From: a virus | Lineage: Duplodnaviria; Caudoviricetes | IMG/VR virus record: IMGVR_UViG_3300046008_001149 | Span: 1-26,636 of that record | Strand: one strand, 5' to 3' | DNA: 26,636 bases | Shown: positions 16,301 to 25,000 of the stretch, one piece after another | Position numbering within the stretch: position 1 is the first letter of the stretch | Layout: the number at the start of each line of letters is the position of its first letter | Translations under genes and position numbers: made by a program | The notes under the pieces: generated by a model | The model's database searches: none | Told to the model about the DNA's origin: nothing | Seen by the model: the letters and a program-made list of their open reading frames with translations, nothing else

Positions 16301-16926
16301 CGATTTTGAGCGTCTTTTAATTCAGCTTCTAAATCGGTAATTTCAGTTTTTAGCCCGTCGATAACTGCTTTGCGCTCTGCGCTTTTGGTATTTGCGCGTA
16401 AAAATGCCGCGCTGTTTTTCTGTGCTAATTTCATAATTCGCACAGCAACTTGACGCACGTTTAAATCAACCCCTTTTTCGGGGGCAACTACAATCGTGAT
16501 GTCTTTTTTGTTGAGCAACCATTTCCACGAAATCAAATCATCGGTGGATTGAATTTTTTTAGGATTAACGTCTGGATTATGGAAGAAAATCGTCACGGCT
16601 TGACCGTCCGAAAGCTCGATTGTTGCCGATACATTTGCAACGCCGCGTGCCATGAATGGACTGCTGATTGTGGTGTTAATTGGTGTAACTTCAGTACCTG
16701 TGCGTTTCATAACAGCAACTAACGCATTGGTTTTGGATTCGAGCTTTTGAAAAGGAACAATTAACGCATCCAAGGTGATTACGCCGTCACTGTCTTCGTA
16801 AATGTCATCAAATGTCGGAACATCGAGTAGCAGTCCGTCTGCGTCATCTTTGCGAATGTCGTATAAAACGCGGTCTAGCGTGGTTTCGATGGGTAGGTTT
16901 TCAGCGTTCCAGAGTGTTTTTTTCAT
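13312..16926 (-). CDS. darA: Defence against restriction protein DarA, extended with three BECR-fold nuclease-like modules
   Basis: DarA_N (ELSDGQAVTIFFHNP...DDLISWKWLLNKKDITIVVAP...KNSAAF), coiled coil, PBECR1-like (GDIDLVWG...GYGL...WLLTAF), PBECR3-like (HVKNRH...LNVVTYF), a third BECR-like module (GFGKIHI...FYSVGSG), and a helical DarA_C-like end. Confidence 0.85.
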   Translation of the reverse strand: MKKTLWNAENLPIETTLDRVLYDIRKDDADGLLLDVPTFDDIYEDSDGVITLDALIVPFQKLESKTNALVAVMKRTGTEVTPINTTISSPFMARGVANVSATIELSDGQAVTIFFHNPDVNPKKIQSTDDLISWKWLLNKKDITIVVAPEKGVDLNVRQVAVRIMKLAQKNSAAFLRANTKSAERKAVIDGLKTEITDLEAELKDAQNRLEVARVEKDDREIAALTNPPVAPVAPEVATPTLNGFSVSETINELNTEYGTNNAVWNASVAEVQALSESDYQDLIDALKNANYNSNGVLLKAKRSGKEKLIEIAQDVLDDHEKTSSISPENSFKRMALEYAIEGKEGIKKGRDFVTMLREVGGDSRNESADELERNINRLENPESTPELTEPTGDETPPIEIETGAFGQIFREFYHDAQGAIAKLTEMQTGEAVAALHHPDVGDIDLVWGKEGTGASDGYGLSKLIKFHPEVISDLQGVISSLSKVSETSSNKRIQLESKDHKAAVRLEWNGEQKAWLLTAFEKVKVGDSTRADIADVSNEDGTARFTSNPDETIPQPAENTIAPDETENVGQNEVVEQPEFSNKEILKGFLTTGNLSAVLSFLKPLNKQDLVQLLLETGFSISGSKTIKEVMDFVSPQLVKAASLKTDGYGLRTPETESNEDLQDLKTKTATPEEITEFVTDIAEGKQPKASRLVVNVASHDKNTKVKNMTSIDIGVARELLIPSAAIHVKNRHPDMDVSDWLYLPEFAEKFDAVVESETVGEQKMPRLVFIKNRDGLAYVYVADLATGKRQGDRLNVVTYFKDKPKTLIENLKKNGVKQQDAESVLNALFFNDESSLSQAYSQRSEEGDSSDQLTASSENIPQPPENSTAEIDAVASLKGFEIKSDSATGSVEYTKGLVKVNYQATNDAGISDGAYAIFVDGKRVYDGYMGIKRNGFSEPEYVFNKALDLLNQSTGTELSEIDLETSDNAPETLITAPNGSDDFGEITPEQADLMGGSAGKIKLQLGFHDDKTGRGFGKIHIDRDIRAEQLKANGYDSTEDLIFDVAQNKNAIFQGKGNTFILAKNNGKAKIAFVQVKQGDGGVFYSVGSGLISRADYLKNKALLWERAQSNQIDNNPPSAVTGEKQSSDENIPQPPQNTITEIDTEIESLKSETDRKVFDKRLDDLAAMIEERDLMEQYDPQLNELADILTEILKKAAAGVM
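13503..13536 (+). repeat. 34-bp dispersed repeat, copy 1; antisense extended -10 promoter (TTG..N16..TGgTATATT)
   Basis: ttgtgttttggggcggttgtggtatattttcgtc; encodes ENIPQPPQN in DarA. Confidence 0.75.
13538..13619 (+). ncRNA. Candidate structured antisense sRNA after the third nuclease module
   Basis: 11-bp stem 13539-13549/13608-13618 with one G-U pair, internal GATTG/CAATC hairpin, GACTGCGC present twice. Confidence 0.45.
14319..14352 (+). repeat. 34-bp dispersed repeat, copy 2; antisense promoter (TTGAGT-N16-TATATT with TG extension)
   Basis: ttgagttttcaggcggttgtggtatattttcact; encodes ENIPQPPEN. Confidence 0.75.
14347..14433 (+). ncRNA. Candidate structured antisense sRNA after the second nuclease module
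   Basis: AGTT-GGTCTG-AACT arm, CTC-TTCG-GAG and ATGA-TTCG-TCAT hairpins with UUCG loops. Confidence 0.45.
15243..15276 (+). repeat. 34-bp dispersed repeat, copy 3; antisense extended -10 promoter (TGgTATAGT)
   Basis: ttgtgttttcagcgggttgtggtatagtttcgtc; encodes ETIPQPAEN. Confidence 0.75.
15274..15357 (+). ncRNA. Candidate structured antisense sRNA after the first nuclease module
   Basis: 12-bp stem GTCAGGGTTGGA/TCCAACCTTGAC with one G-U pair, inner CGAG/CTCG and ACAT/ATGT pairings. Confidence 0.45.
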
Positions 16927-16962
16927 GGTTTAAAAGTCCGAAATGGATTGAATTTTTAAACC

Positions 16963-17002
16963 ATGATAGAAGTTTTAAATCGGGTTTTTTTGCGGGTTTT
17001 CC
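16963..17002 (-). promoter_or_regulatory. Putative late promoter for the darA operon (GGAAAAC-N27-TATCAT)
   Basis: Motif and spacing shared with five other sites. Confidence 0.65.
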
Positions 17003-17010
17003 TTTTGCGC

Positions 17011-17262
17011 CTAATCACTTTCGAGATGCAAAAGAATTGAAACATTCACGTCCGAATCGTCTAATTGGCGTTGCAGGCATTGTAATTGACGCATCAATTC
17101 TTTAACTTCTTTTGCGGGAAAATCCTTGCTGCAATTAACGCATCGATACGGCGTACCAATTGCATCTAGCGGCAAAATTAACGCTGCCTTGCAATGCTTG
17201 CAGGTTATTCTCACGCTTTTAATGTCGGTAACATTTACCTTGAATTTTTCACTCATAATCAC
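17011..17262 (-). CDS. Small zinc-ribbon protein
   Basis: CKHC...CVNC pairs; overlaps the hdf stop codon. Confidence 0.65.
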   Translation of the reverse strand: MIMSEKFKVNVTDIKSVRITCKHCKAALILPLDAIGTPYRCVNCSKDFPAKEVKELMRQLQCLQRQLDDSDVNVSILLHLESD

Positions 17263-17735
17263 ACCGCTATTGCTAAAATTTCATCATTAACTGCTTGAAT
17301 CTGTGTTTTTAATTCGTCGCGCCGAGCTGTTAATTGCACAATCATAGTAGGCGCGGCAGTTTTCATGCCTTTAGGCATTGGGATATTTACTTTTGCTAAA
17401 CTCGCTTGGAATTTGGAGCGATTTTTAGTAAGTAGCCCAACGATTTCAGATACTGCTTTTGCGTGGTCATCTTGGTTTTTTATGGGCGTTAATTTGCCAT
17501 TTAAAAGCACCTGAAAAATATCACCCGTTTCTTTGATTCTCAATGTGACCGTTTGCCCGTCTGCCATTGTGATAAGCATTTGACGTGAAGCAATGCCGCT
17601 TGATTTGGTAATTTTTGAATCAACGGATGATGTAACTGTCGCTGCACTGGCTTTAGCAAAGGCTTTTTCAACTGCTTTTGATGCCTTATCACCGCTGGCT
17701 AAATCTTGAAATGAAAAAAGTTGTTTTGGGTTCAT
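17259..17735 (-). CDS. hdf: Hdf (homolog of DarA fragment)
   Basis: ITMADGQTVTLRIKETGDIFQVLLNGK...KNRSKFQ is a DarA_N-like fold with a C-terminal coiled coil, upstream of darA as in P1. AAGGA RBS. Confidence 0.8.
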   Translation of the reverse strand: MNPKQLFSFQDLASGDKASKAVEKAFAKASAATVTSSVDSKITKSSGIASRQMLITMADGQTVTLRIKETGDIFQVLLNGKLTPIKNQDDHAKAVSEIVGLLTKNRSKFQASLAKVNIPMPKGMKTAAPTMIVQLTARRDELKTQIQAVNDEILAIAV

Positions 17736-17753
17736 GTTGTTATCCTTTTTTGG

Positions 17754-18023
17754 TTAATTGTCGTTTGCAAAAACATTCTGAGAGCCTGTTGCGACGTGAC
17801 CGCAACTAGCAGAATCACCACGCCTACACACGCCAATTCCGTGAGCGTAAATGTTACGGCTTGATTGCGCCATTACTGGAGCTGAATGCTCGTTTAATCC
17901 ATGTGATGCAACGGATGCGCCTAAGACACAGATATTCGAGCCATTTACAAATACGGTAGTGGCTCTGTTACCAGTAATCATCCCGCCCGCATTATCTACA
18001 CCTACTCTTGATACGCCTGACAT
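17754..18023 (-). CDS. PAAR-like spike tip protein
   Basis: VFVNG...SHG..H....S..IYAHGIGVCRRGD...CGH..TGS.NVF, directly after the spike gene. Confidence 0.88.
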   Translation of the reverse strand: MSGVSRVGVDNAGGMITGNRATTVFVNGSNICVLGASVASHGLNEHSAPVMAQSSRNIYAHGIGVCRRGDSASCGHVATGSQNVFANDN

Positions 18024-19474
18024 CAGTTTAAGTCTATTCTTGGTGATTTGAGAGCGATACCACTGTTAGTAATTTCAATCGTGCTTACGCCTACTTTTAT
18101 CGTTATTTTACTGCTTGATTCAATGGTTATTTCGCCATTTGCCGCAACCCTTGCGCTACCCATTATCAATGATGCTAAATCACCAGATATGCGGCTATTG
18201 CTATCGCCGCCTAAAGTTAATTCACTATTTCCATCAATTGAAACGGTTGAATTTTTTGATACCTTCTCATCGTAGAATCCTAAAATATCAACCTTTCTAT
18301 CGTTGCTTACTGTTAATGAACTGTTGTTTTCAACAATTACACTTTCATCGTTTTTGATGTTTGTAATTGAGTTGTGATTGATTGTAATGCTGGAATCACG
18401 CCCTACGAGCCTATTGCTATCACGCCCAATTGCTATGCTTGAATCGTTACCGATTATCGTCTTTGTATCGTGACCAATATCTACGCTGTAATCATTCCCA
18501 ATTGTTAAAAAGCTATCCACACCAACGCGCTCAGTGCTGTCTCTGCCAATGTTAATACTCGAATCACGCAGTATTTTTAGGCGACTATCAATCCCAATAG
18601 TTACATCAGAATCTTTGCCAACTGTTTTTGTAAAAAAACCCGCAACATCAATAAATCTATCGTTATCAACGGTTGTTCTTGAATCATTACCGATAGTTTC
18701 AGTTTCATTATGCCCAATATCAACACTCAAATCGTGACCAATTTTTACCGTTGAATCATGCCCAATGGTTAGGCGCGAATCACGCCCTACGGTTTCTGTG
18801 GAATCATTGCCAATATCAGTTGTTGAATCATGCCCAATGGTTAGTAGGCTATCTACGCCAACGTCTGTAGACCTATCGTTCTCAATTCTAATCGTTGAAT
18901 CGTGACCAATGGTTAGCAGACTATCCACACCAACAGCAGTAGACCTATCATTCTCGATTCTAATTGTTGAATCATGCCCAATGGTTAGTAAGCTATCCAC
19001 ACCAACAGCAGTAGAGCGGTTATTGCCGATTTTAATATCAGAATCGTGACCAATTTTTAAGTTTCCATCTACACCAATATCTTCACTTTTGTTGTTGCCG
19101 ATTTTCGTTGTTGAATCAATGTTAATCGTCTTTTCAAAGTAATTAGAAAAAACCTCTAAAAGTGTTTTTGTTCTAATTTCAAAGTTGCCAGCAGCAATAA
19201 AGCGAATTAAATTCTCGGAAAAAAAACGAATCCAATTGCCGTGACCGCCAACGCACTCTTTGACACGAATAACAAATCCTTTTGACCAGCTTTCATGGCA
19301 TCCATCACCATCACTAATTCCGCCAATATCACCACCATCAGGAATAATAAAATCATCACTTCCAATTTCATTTAGTTGAAAATCACCGCCATTTACCAGT
19401 GTTCGCTCGTCTAAATCAAACTCGCTTAGATTAAATTTTCCTAAACCAAAACCATCATCCGCAATACTTTTCAA
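18023..19474 (-). CDS. Long gp5/VgrG-type C-terminal beta-helix spike protein, lacking an OB-fold
   Basis: About 40 octapeptide repeats of the form [IV]GxDSxxx and a VgrG-like end (ITIKVGVSTIEITNSGIALKSPRIDLN). TTG start with AGGTGGAG RBS. Confidence 0.85.
   Translation of the reverse strand: MKSIADDGFGLGKFNLSEFDLDERTLVNGGDFQLNEIGSDDFIIPDGGDIGGISDGDGCHESWSKGFVIRVKECVGGHGNWIRFFSENLIRFIAAGNFEIRTKTLLEVFSNYFEKTINIDSTTKIGNNKSEDIGVDGNLKIGHDSDIKIGNNRSTAVGVDSLLTIGHDSTIRIENDRSTAVGVDSLLTIGHDSTIRIENDRSTDVGVDSLLTIGHDSTTDIGNDSTETVGRDSRLTIGHDSTVKIGHDLSVDIGHNETETIGNDSRTTVDNDRFIDVAGFFTKTVGKDSDVTIGIDSRLKILRDSSINIGRDSTERVGVDSFLTIGNDYSVDIGHDTKTIIGNDSSIAIGRDSNRLVGRDSSITINHNSITNIKNDESVIVENNSSLTVSNDRKVDILGFYDEKVSKNSTVSIDGNSELTLGGDSNSRISGDLASLIMGSARVAANGEITIESSSKITIKVGVSTIEITNSGIALKSPRIDLN
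18822..19015. repeat. 72-bp (24-aa) tandem repeats in the spike beta-helix
   Basis: VGVDSLLTIGHDSTIRIENDRST[AD] about 3 times, differing mostly at synonymous positions. Confidence 0.85.
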
Positions 19475-19489
19475 GATACTCCACCTTTT

Positions 19490-19981
19490 TTAGAAAACAC
19501 GAGTGCCGTTTGCCGACTTGATTATTACCGAGCCACCAGCCTGAATCATTACCGAATCATTAGAGCGAAGTAATAACCGACCACCCGATATAACCTGCCC
19601 TCTGTTTTTTGCTCCTACACGATAATCAGTACCAGCCTTCGTTTGGAACAACTCATCGGATTCAAAATCTATATTTTTATGATGCCACCGCCGCCAATCA
19701 ATTGAGTTCCCAGCCTGCGGATTTCTAAATCCCGTAATAACAGGGTAACGCGGGTCTCCGCCGATAAAATCTACCCACACGCTATCCCCTTCTAAAAACT
19801 CAATTTCAGACCCCCACTTTCCAGCTCTTGATTTATCGCCAATTGGGTACTCAATTTCTGCCTCACTTAAAACATCGCCACCCGTGTTAATGGCTGGAAT
19901 ATCAACGCGGCAAGTGCGTTTTTTTGGGTCGTAACTCTTAATAATGGCAGGAAATCTGCCAACCATATTCCCGTCATCCAT
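19490..19981 (-). CDS. Baseplate spike N-terminal OB-fold protein (gp5/gpV-like)
   Basis: GRFPAIIKSYDP...CRVDIP...GDSVWVDFIGGDPRYPVITG, followed by a short beta-rich tail. Confidence 0.88.
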   Translation of the reverse strand: MDDGNMVGRFPAIIKSYDPKKRTCRVDIPAINTGGDVLSEAEIEYPIGDKSRAGKWGSEIEFLEGDSVWVDFIGGDPRYPVITGFRNPQAGNSIDWRRWHHKNIDFESDELFQTKAGTDYRVGAKNRGQVISGGRLLLRSNDSVMIQAGGSVIIKSANGTRVF

Positions 19982-19984
19982 TTT

Positions 19985-20899
19985 TCACTCCGATAATTCA
20001 GAAAGCCATAATTTTGTATATTGAGAGCTTTCGCCTCCGTCTGTACCTGACGTATAAACGTGAGCGGCAGTAAGCACAACCAATGGGTCATGCCCTTCAA
20101 ATTCAACCAAGTCCCCCGCGCAAATATCTTCACTGTAATAAATCTTTGATATTTTTTTGTGGATTAAACAGCGTGTTAAATTCTGTAATTGCTGCTCATT
20201 CATGTGCGGCATAAATCTAGCTGAACGCGCTTTTTTCTTATTGCCGTAAATAAATTTACCGTTTTCATCAAGCGAATAAAAAGACTGCACTGAATGGCGT
20301 TCTAAAAAACCGCTTTGATGGTCTTGGATATTGTCATTAGGCAGCTTAATAACAGGCTCTTGCTTGAATAAATCCGCTAATTTAAAGTATTTCATCGCCT
20401 CTTTTTTCCAGCGAATAATGCCGCCGTTTTCTTGGAGAGCGCGTGCAATGTGGAAGCTGGGCGTTTCTCCCACGCAACATGAAAATCTATCAATTGGGAA
20501 ATCCGCGTCGATATACTTAACCTCAGCACCCGATGCCCTGTAACATTCGGAAAGCGTTGATTTTTCTTTGAGAATTGGCTTGCTACGCACAAAAGATACC
20601 TCAACACATTTATCTAGCGCGGCAAAAATCTTGACGCTTTTTAAATCGTGCGTACCTTGAGAGCCTCTCGTGTCACCATGAACCACTTTTAGAATGTAAA
20701 AATCTTCTTCGTTAATGCCCGCTTTAATGATTGAGCTTTCGCGCAAACTATCCGCAATGCTTTCATCAACGCGAATATCCGCCTCAAGCGTCACGGGAAT
20801 GGGTACTGCATCGTTGCGCATAACAGCAAAGCGAATTAAGTCACCGCGTAATTCTTCGCCATCAACAATTATTTTCATACCGTCACAATTCCACGACAA
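19985..20899 (-). CDS. Baseplate hub protein (P1 gp6-like)
   Basis: Size ~300 aa and position immediately before the spike gene; ETPSFHIARALQENG motif. Confidence 0.6.
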   Translation of the reverse strand: MSWNCDGMKIIVDGEELRGDLIRFAVMRNDAVPIPVTLEADIRVDESIADSLRESSIIKAGINEEDFYILKVVHGDTRGSQGTHDLKSVKIFAALDKCVEVSFVRSKPILKEKSTLSECYRASGAEVKYIDADFPIDRFSCCVGETPSFHIARALQENGGIIRWKKEAMKYFKLADLFKQEPVIKLPNDNIQDHQSGFLERHSVQSFYSLDENGKFIYGNKKKARSARFMPHMNEQQLQNLTRCLIHKKISKIYYSEDICAGDLVEFEGHDPLVVLTAAHVYTSGTDGGESSQYTKLWLSELSE

Positions 20900-21282
20900 A
20901 ATGCCAATTTAGGAAGCTCCATTTCAAAGTTAGTAATATCTCCCGTGATTTCAGCCACGCTACGACCATAAACATCTAAGCCCATTCCGCGTGATGCCTC
21001 TAAATACACGGCATTTTCGCGCTCAACATAAAGCATAAACAACGGGCGAATAATTGCCCATTCACTGTCTGTTAATTCGCACGTTTCATCAAGCGGTAAG
21101 TTTGGAATAGACAAAAGCGTAAAAACATCAATCTGTTCTGCACGCGATAAAATCACACCGTAGCCGCTATATTTGAGTGTTGCCGCCACAGCTTGCGACA
21201 GCAACACATCATCAGACAAAACCGTACCAATTGGGCGTTCATGCTCTGAAAAGCGCAAAACCAAATCAGTAATGGAAGTCAT
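20875..21282 (-). CDS. Hypothetical morphogenesis protein
   Basis: Packed within the tail operon; LTDSEWAIIRPLF...EASRG motif; no confident family assignment. Confidence 0.7.
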   Translation of the reverse strand: MTSITDLVLRFSEHERPIGTVLSDDVLLSQAVAATLKYSGYGVILSRAEQIDVFTLLSIPNLPLDETCELTDSEWAIIRPLFMLYVERENAVYLEASRGMGLDVYGRSVAEITGDITNFEMELPKLAFCRGIVTV

Positions 21283-21286
21283 TTAA

Positions 21287-21901
21287 CTAAACCGCAATGT
21301 ATTGATTTGGGTGTGGTGGTGCAACCAACTCGCTAGGAGATTGATAATTACTTGCAGGAGTAGCACCGCCGTTACCAACAGCACGCGAACTGGTGTTGCC
21401 AGAGCGGTAATCTTTTGAATTCCCATCAAAAACTTCACCAAAATAATGATAGAAAATCGTGCCGCTAAATTTAAGAATTTGTGAGCGGTCTTCCCAATTT
21501 CTATCAGGATTATCGAGTTGCAAGAAGCAATCCCAAATTTGTTTTTTGCGTAAATAGTTTTGCGGTGTTCCTGCGTAAATAGTTGCGTCGAATGTTCCGC
21601 CATCCAAAATAAGAGAGAGTAATGTGTCGCTGACGTGACCGACCATTGTTTCCATAAAGGTGATAGAGCCTTGTTGTGCAACTTTAACTTGTTGTGGTTG
21701 CCAGCGTGACGCGCCGAGCGGCATCGGTATTTCGATTTCGCCCTGTGGTGTTAATTCTGGCTCTGGTGCTTGGCTACATAACATCCACATAGATTCATAA
21801 CCAACGATTTCAAGCGCAAAATCACTTGAAACTTCTTTGTAACCTAAGTTTTGAGCGGCTGTGTAGTGCGTCTTCAAATAACGAGATTTGCTAACGGTCA
21901 T
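21287..21901 (-). CDS. Tail tube protein (P1 BplB-like) with a C-terminal extension
   Basis: KTHYTAAQNLGYKEVSSDFALEIVGYE resembles recalled BplB KGRYTANAAKGERLVSSEFLLTFAGHE; GSITFMETMVG and DCFLQLD also align. Confidence 0.75.
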   Translation of the reverse strand: MTVSKSRYLKTHYTAAQNLGYKEVSSDFALEIVGYESMWMLCSQAPEPELTPQGEIEIPMPLGASRWQPQQVKVAQQGSITFMETMVGHVSDTLLSLILDGGTFDATIYAGTPQNYLRKKQIWDCFLQLDNPDRNWEDRSQILKFSGTIFYHYFGEVFDGNSKDYRSGNTSSRAVGNGGATPASNYQSPSELVAPPHPNQYIAV

Positions 21902-21939
21902 TTTGATTTACCTACTGATTTTAAATTAAAGGAGCAGGT

Positions 21940-21979
21940 AATTTAGGGCTTATTTTGCAGGTATTTGCGTTAGTTTTCC
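21940..21979 (-). promoter_or_regulatory. Putative late promoter for the tail operon (GGAAAAC-N27-TAAATT)
   Basis: Shared motif, back-to-back with the plus-strand copy. Confidence 0.6.
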
Positions 21980-21999
21980 TATGTAAGCAAAGGGTAAAA

Positions 22000-22039
22000 A
22001 GAAAACCACAAAAATCAATCCAAAGCAGCCGCCTATAAT
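22000..22039 (+). promoter_or_regulatory. Putative late promoter for the tape measure gene (AGAAAAC-N27-TATAAT)
   Basis: Shared motif, perfect -10. Confidence 0.65.
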
Positions 22040-22073
22040 TTCAGATAAAACAAATACTATCGGGTTTTTATTC

Positions 22074-25000
22074 ATGGCACAGCTACAGCACGACAATGAC
22101 GGATTTTTACAAGGCGAGCGCGTTAATTTAGATACGCAGACTGAATTTTTGGAATCAATCAGCAAGGATATTTCAGCAATCAAAACGGCATTGACCGAAA
22201 ACAAAACTATCACGCCTGTTCAGCCTGTAGAGCGCACAGAAAGCGAAGCACCGCAAGTTGCCGAGCCGCGCGTTACGCACATAGCCGAAGCCACAACGCA
22301 AAATCCAGTCACACAACAAGCGCAATCACAATCGCCTGAAATAAGCTCAGAACGCGCCGTGCTTGCAAGCCTTGAATCCGCCGCGCAATCACTCAACGGA
22401 ATTCAAATTGATTTGTCATCAACAGCAAATTCACTCAAAACAATTTCAACTACACAACAAGAAAGTAAGACGGTAAAAAATGAAACAGCAAAAAATGAAA
22501 AAAGACCACAACAAACAGGTTTTACGCCTAATGTCGGAACAAATAACAATTCTGTTGGTGATGGCAATAGCGATAACAGCACTCCACAAATCAAGCTCAG
22601 GGATGACAAGGGGCGATTTATTGCAGGAACTCAAGGTGGACGTAAACACACCGATATTGCAGAACCGCAAAAGCAGAAAAATAGAGATGCCAATGGGAGA
22701 TTTTCAAGTGGTGAAAATGGCGGCTTAGGCAAGGGTAGAGGTGGTGAAGCAGGTTTTATATCGCGTTTAGCGTCAGGGATTGGTAGCGCGGTTGGAGCTG
22801 GTAACGATGTTGTAGATGAAAAAATTGACCCAGCTATTGCAGTATTTAAAGAGGTTGCCGAGCCGATTGCAAGGGTTGGTGGCGCGGCGTTAAATGTCGG
22901 AAAGACACTATTTTCAGGTGCAAAATCCGTTGTTAATTTCCTGCCAAAATTCAAAGGCAAGGACAGCGAAAGCGAATCAAAAGAAAAGACCGCAACACCT
23001 ACAGCAAACGTAAGCCCTGCAACTCAAGAAGTCAGAACGCCCCCAGCGAGAATTAGCGAAACAACAACAGTAAATCCGCAACTCAGAACCCGTGATAGTC
23101 GTGGTCGTTTTGTGTCGGCAAATCAACCTGTTTCACAGCCATCAAGCCGACAAACTGGTAGCAATTTAGTTCAAAATAATCCACCACAAAGCGGCGTTGT
23201 CGAGCCATCGCGCAATACGATTTTTGGCACAAATGCCGCCAATCCGCCAACTGAAACTAACGCAACACAAACAGCACAGCCAGAGCCGCATATTGCTGAA
23301 ACAAGTCAGCGCGGCTTTTTCAGTCGCAGCAACAGCTCAAGCCAAAAAGAAAAAGGCGGTAAGTTGTCGTTACGGGGCGTTATCAAAGAACTGCTTGTTT
23401 CTCGAAAAGAGCAAACCGCTTACAACAAAGCATCAAAAAAACTGTTACAGCAAATTGCAAACAAAGAAACGGTTGCAGGTGGCGATTCAGGCGGCGGTTT
23501 TTTTGCAGGATTACTAGGCGGCTTAATTCCTACGGTTGTTGCTGGTTTAGGCGCATTGGTCGCTGGTGTTGTTGCTGTTTTCACTGGTATCGGTGGAATG
23601 TTGCTTGCGGGTGTGACTGGCGTTTTAGGCGTTATTTTCTCCCCGATTGGATTGGCGATTGCAGCGGCTGGAGCTTTAGCATGGGGGTTATTTACCGAGG
23701 ACGGGCAGAAATTCTTTGCGTCAATTGGTGAGTATATTTCAAAAGGATGGGATGCGTCGGTTGGGTTCATCACTGAAAACTTTAGCGGCGTTGTCGATAC
23801 GGCTAACGCCTTTTGGAATTGGCTAACTGAAGAATTTTCGCCAATTACCAAAGTTGCGGGCGATTTATTCGACGGCTTAACTAAAACATGGAAAGGCATT
23901 ACCGACACAATCAGCGGTATTTTTGATTCATTCTCAACATTCTTAAAAGACAAATTCGGTATTGATATTCCTGCCATTGTGCAAACGGTTGTACAGCCCG
24001 TTGCGGATGCCGCGAATGCCGCTGTGGATTCAGTCAAAGAAACCGCTAACAATGTTGCTGATTCTGCGAAAAATGCCGCAACAAATTTATGGGAAGGCGC
24101 GAAAAAAGTTGCTGGTGAAGCCGTTGAAGCCACAAAAGACGTTGTTAATCCTGCATACGAAGGCGTTAAAAAATCGGTTAAAGATGGTGCGGTTTTAAAA
24201 GATACCGCAACAGGCGTTAAGGATGTTGCGGGTGGAATTGGCGACTTTGTAACCAAGAAATACAACCAAGCTAAGTTTAACGAAGTGGATGCTGCGTTGG
24301 CATTTCAAGGTGGCGGAAATATAACGGGACTTAGTGATATTCAAACTCGTGCTTTAGCGGCAAACACAGCAAAAACAGAAAGTGGCGGCAAAGTAAATGC
24401 CGATAATAAACAGGGGTATTTTGGTCAATATCAATTCGGTGCTGAGGCTTTAGTTGAAAGTGGACTTGTTAATCAAGATAAATTGGCAGCGGCAAAAAAA
24501 GCGTCTGGTAAAAATTGGTATAAAAAACGCTCGTCAGACGGAACAATGGGCGGTCACGAAGCGTTTTTACGCGATAAGTCAAACTGGAAAACAGAAGGCG
24601 GTCTTGATGAATTTTTACAAAATAAAGAACTTCAAGATAAGGCATTTGTTGCCTACACCAATAAAAATGTAGCTGGAGGTTTGCGTAGCGGTGCAATTTC
24701 TAAAAATGATGACGCTGGAAAAATTGCTGGTTATTCAAAAGCGGCGCACTTAAAAGGTGTTGGTGGAGCTAATAAATTATTCAAAAGCGGCATTGCAAGT
24801 ACAGACGGAAACGGTACATCTACAGCGACTTATGCAAAGCAAGCATCTAACGCAATGAATGAAACAGTTGCAGCTATCAATGCAAAGGTAGCCAAAGGCG
24901 AAAAACCAACTGAAACACAAACTGCCAGCGCAAAACCGATTGAAGCAGAAAGCACATTAGAAAAGCTATCGCCAATCAGCACTGCGTCCGCAAGTGAAAT

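Noticed and set aside
18400-19100. CRISPR array or DGR template/variable repeat
   Set aside because: The repeats are in-frame coding units without spacers, their differences are mostly synonymous rather than adenine-specific, and there are no cas or RT genes in the window.
17754-20899. Type VI secretion or eCIS locus (VgrG-like plus PAAR)
   Set aside because: The neighbouring capsid, Dar and tape measure genes show it is a phage baseplate; no Tss membrane complex or ClpV genes are present.
23420-24265. 281-aa antisense ORF, and similar shadow ORFs such as 2981-3475, 12927-13280 and 21283-21681
   Set aside because: These are antisense or alternative-frame shadows of real genes, with no recognisable motifs or convincing RBS.
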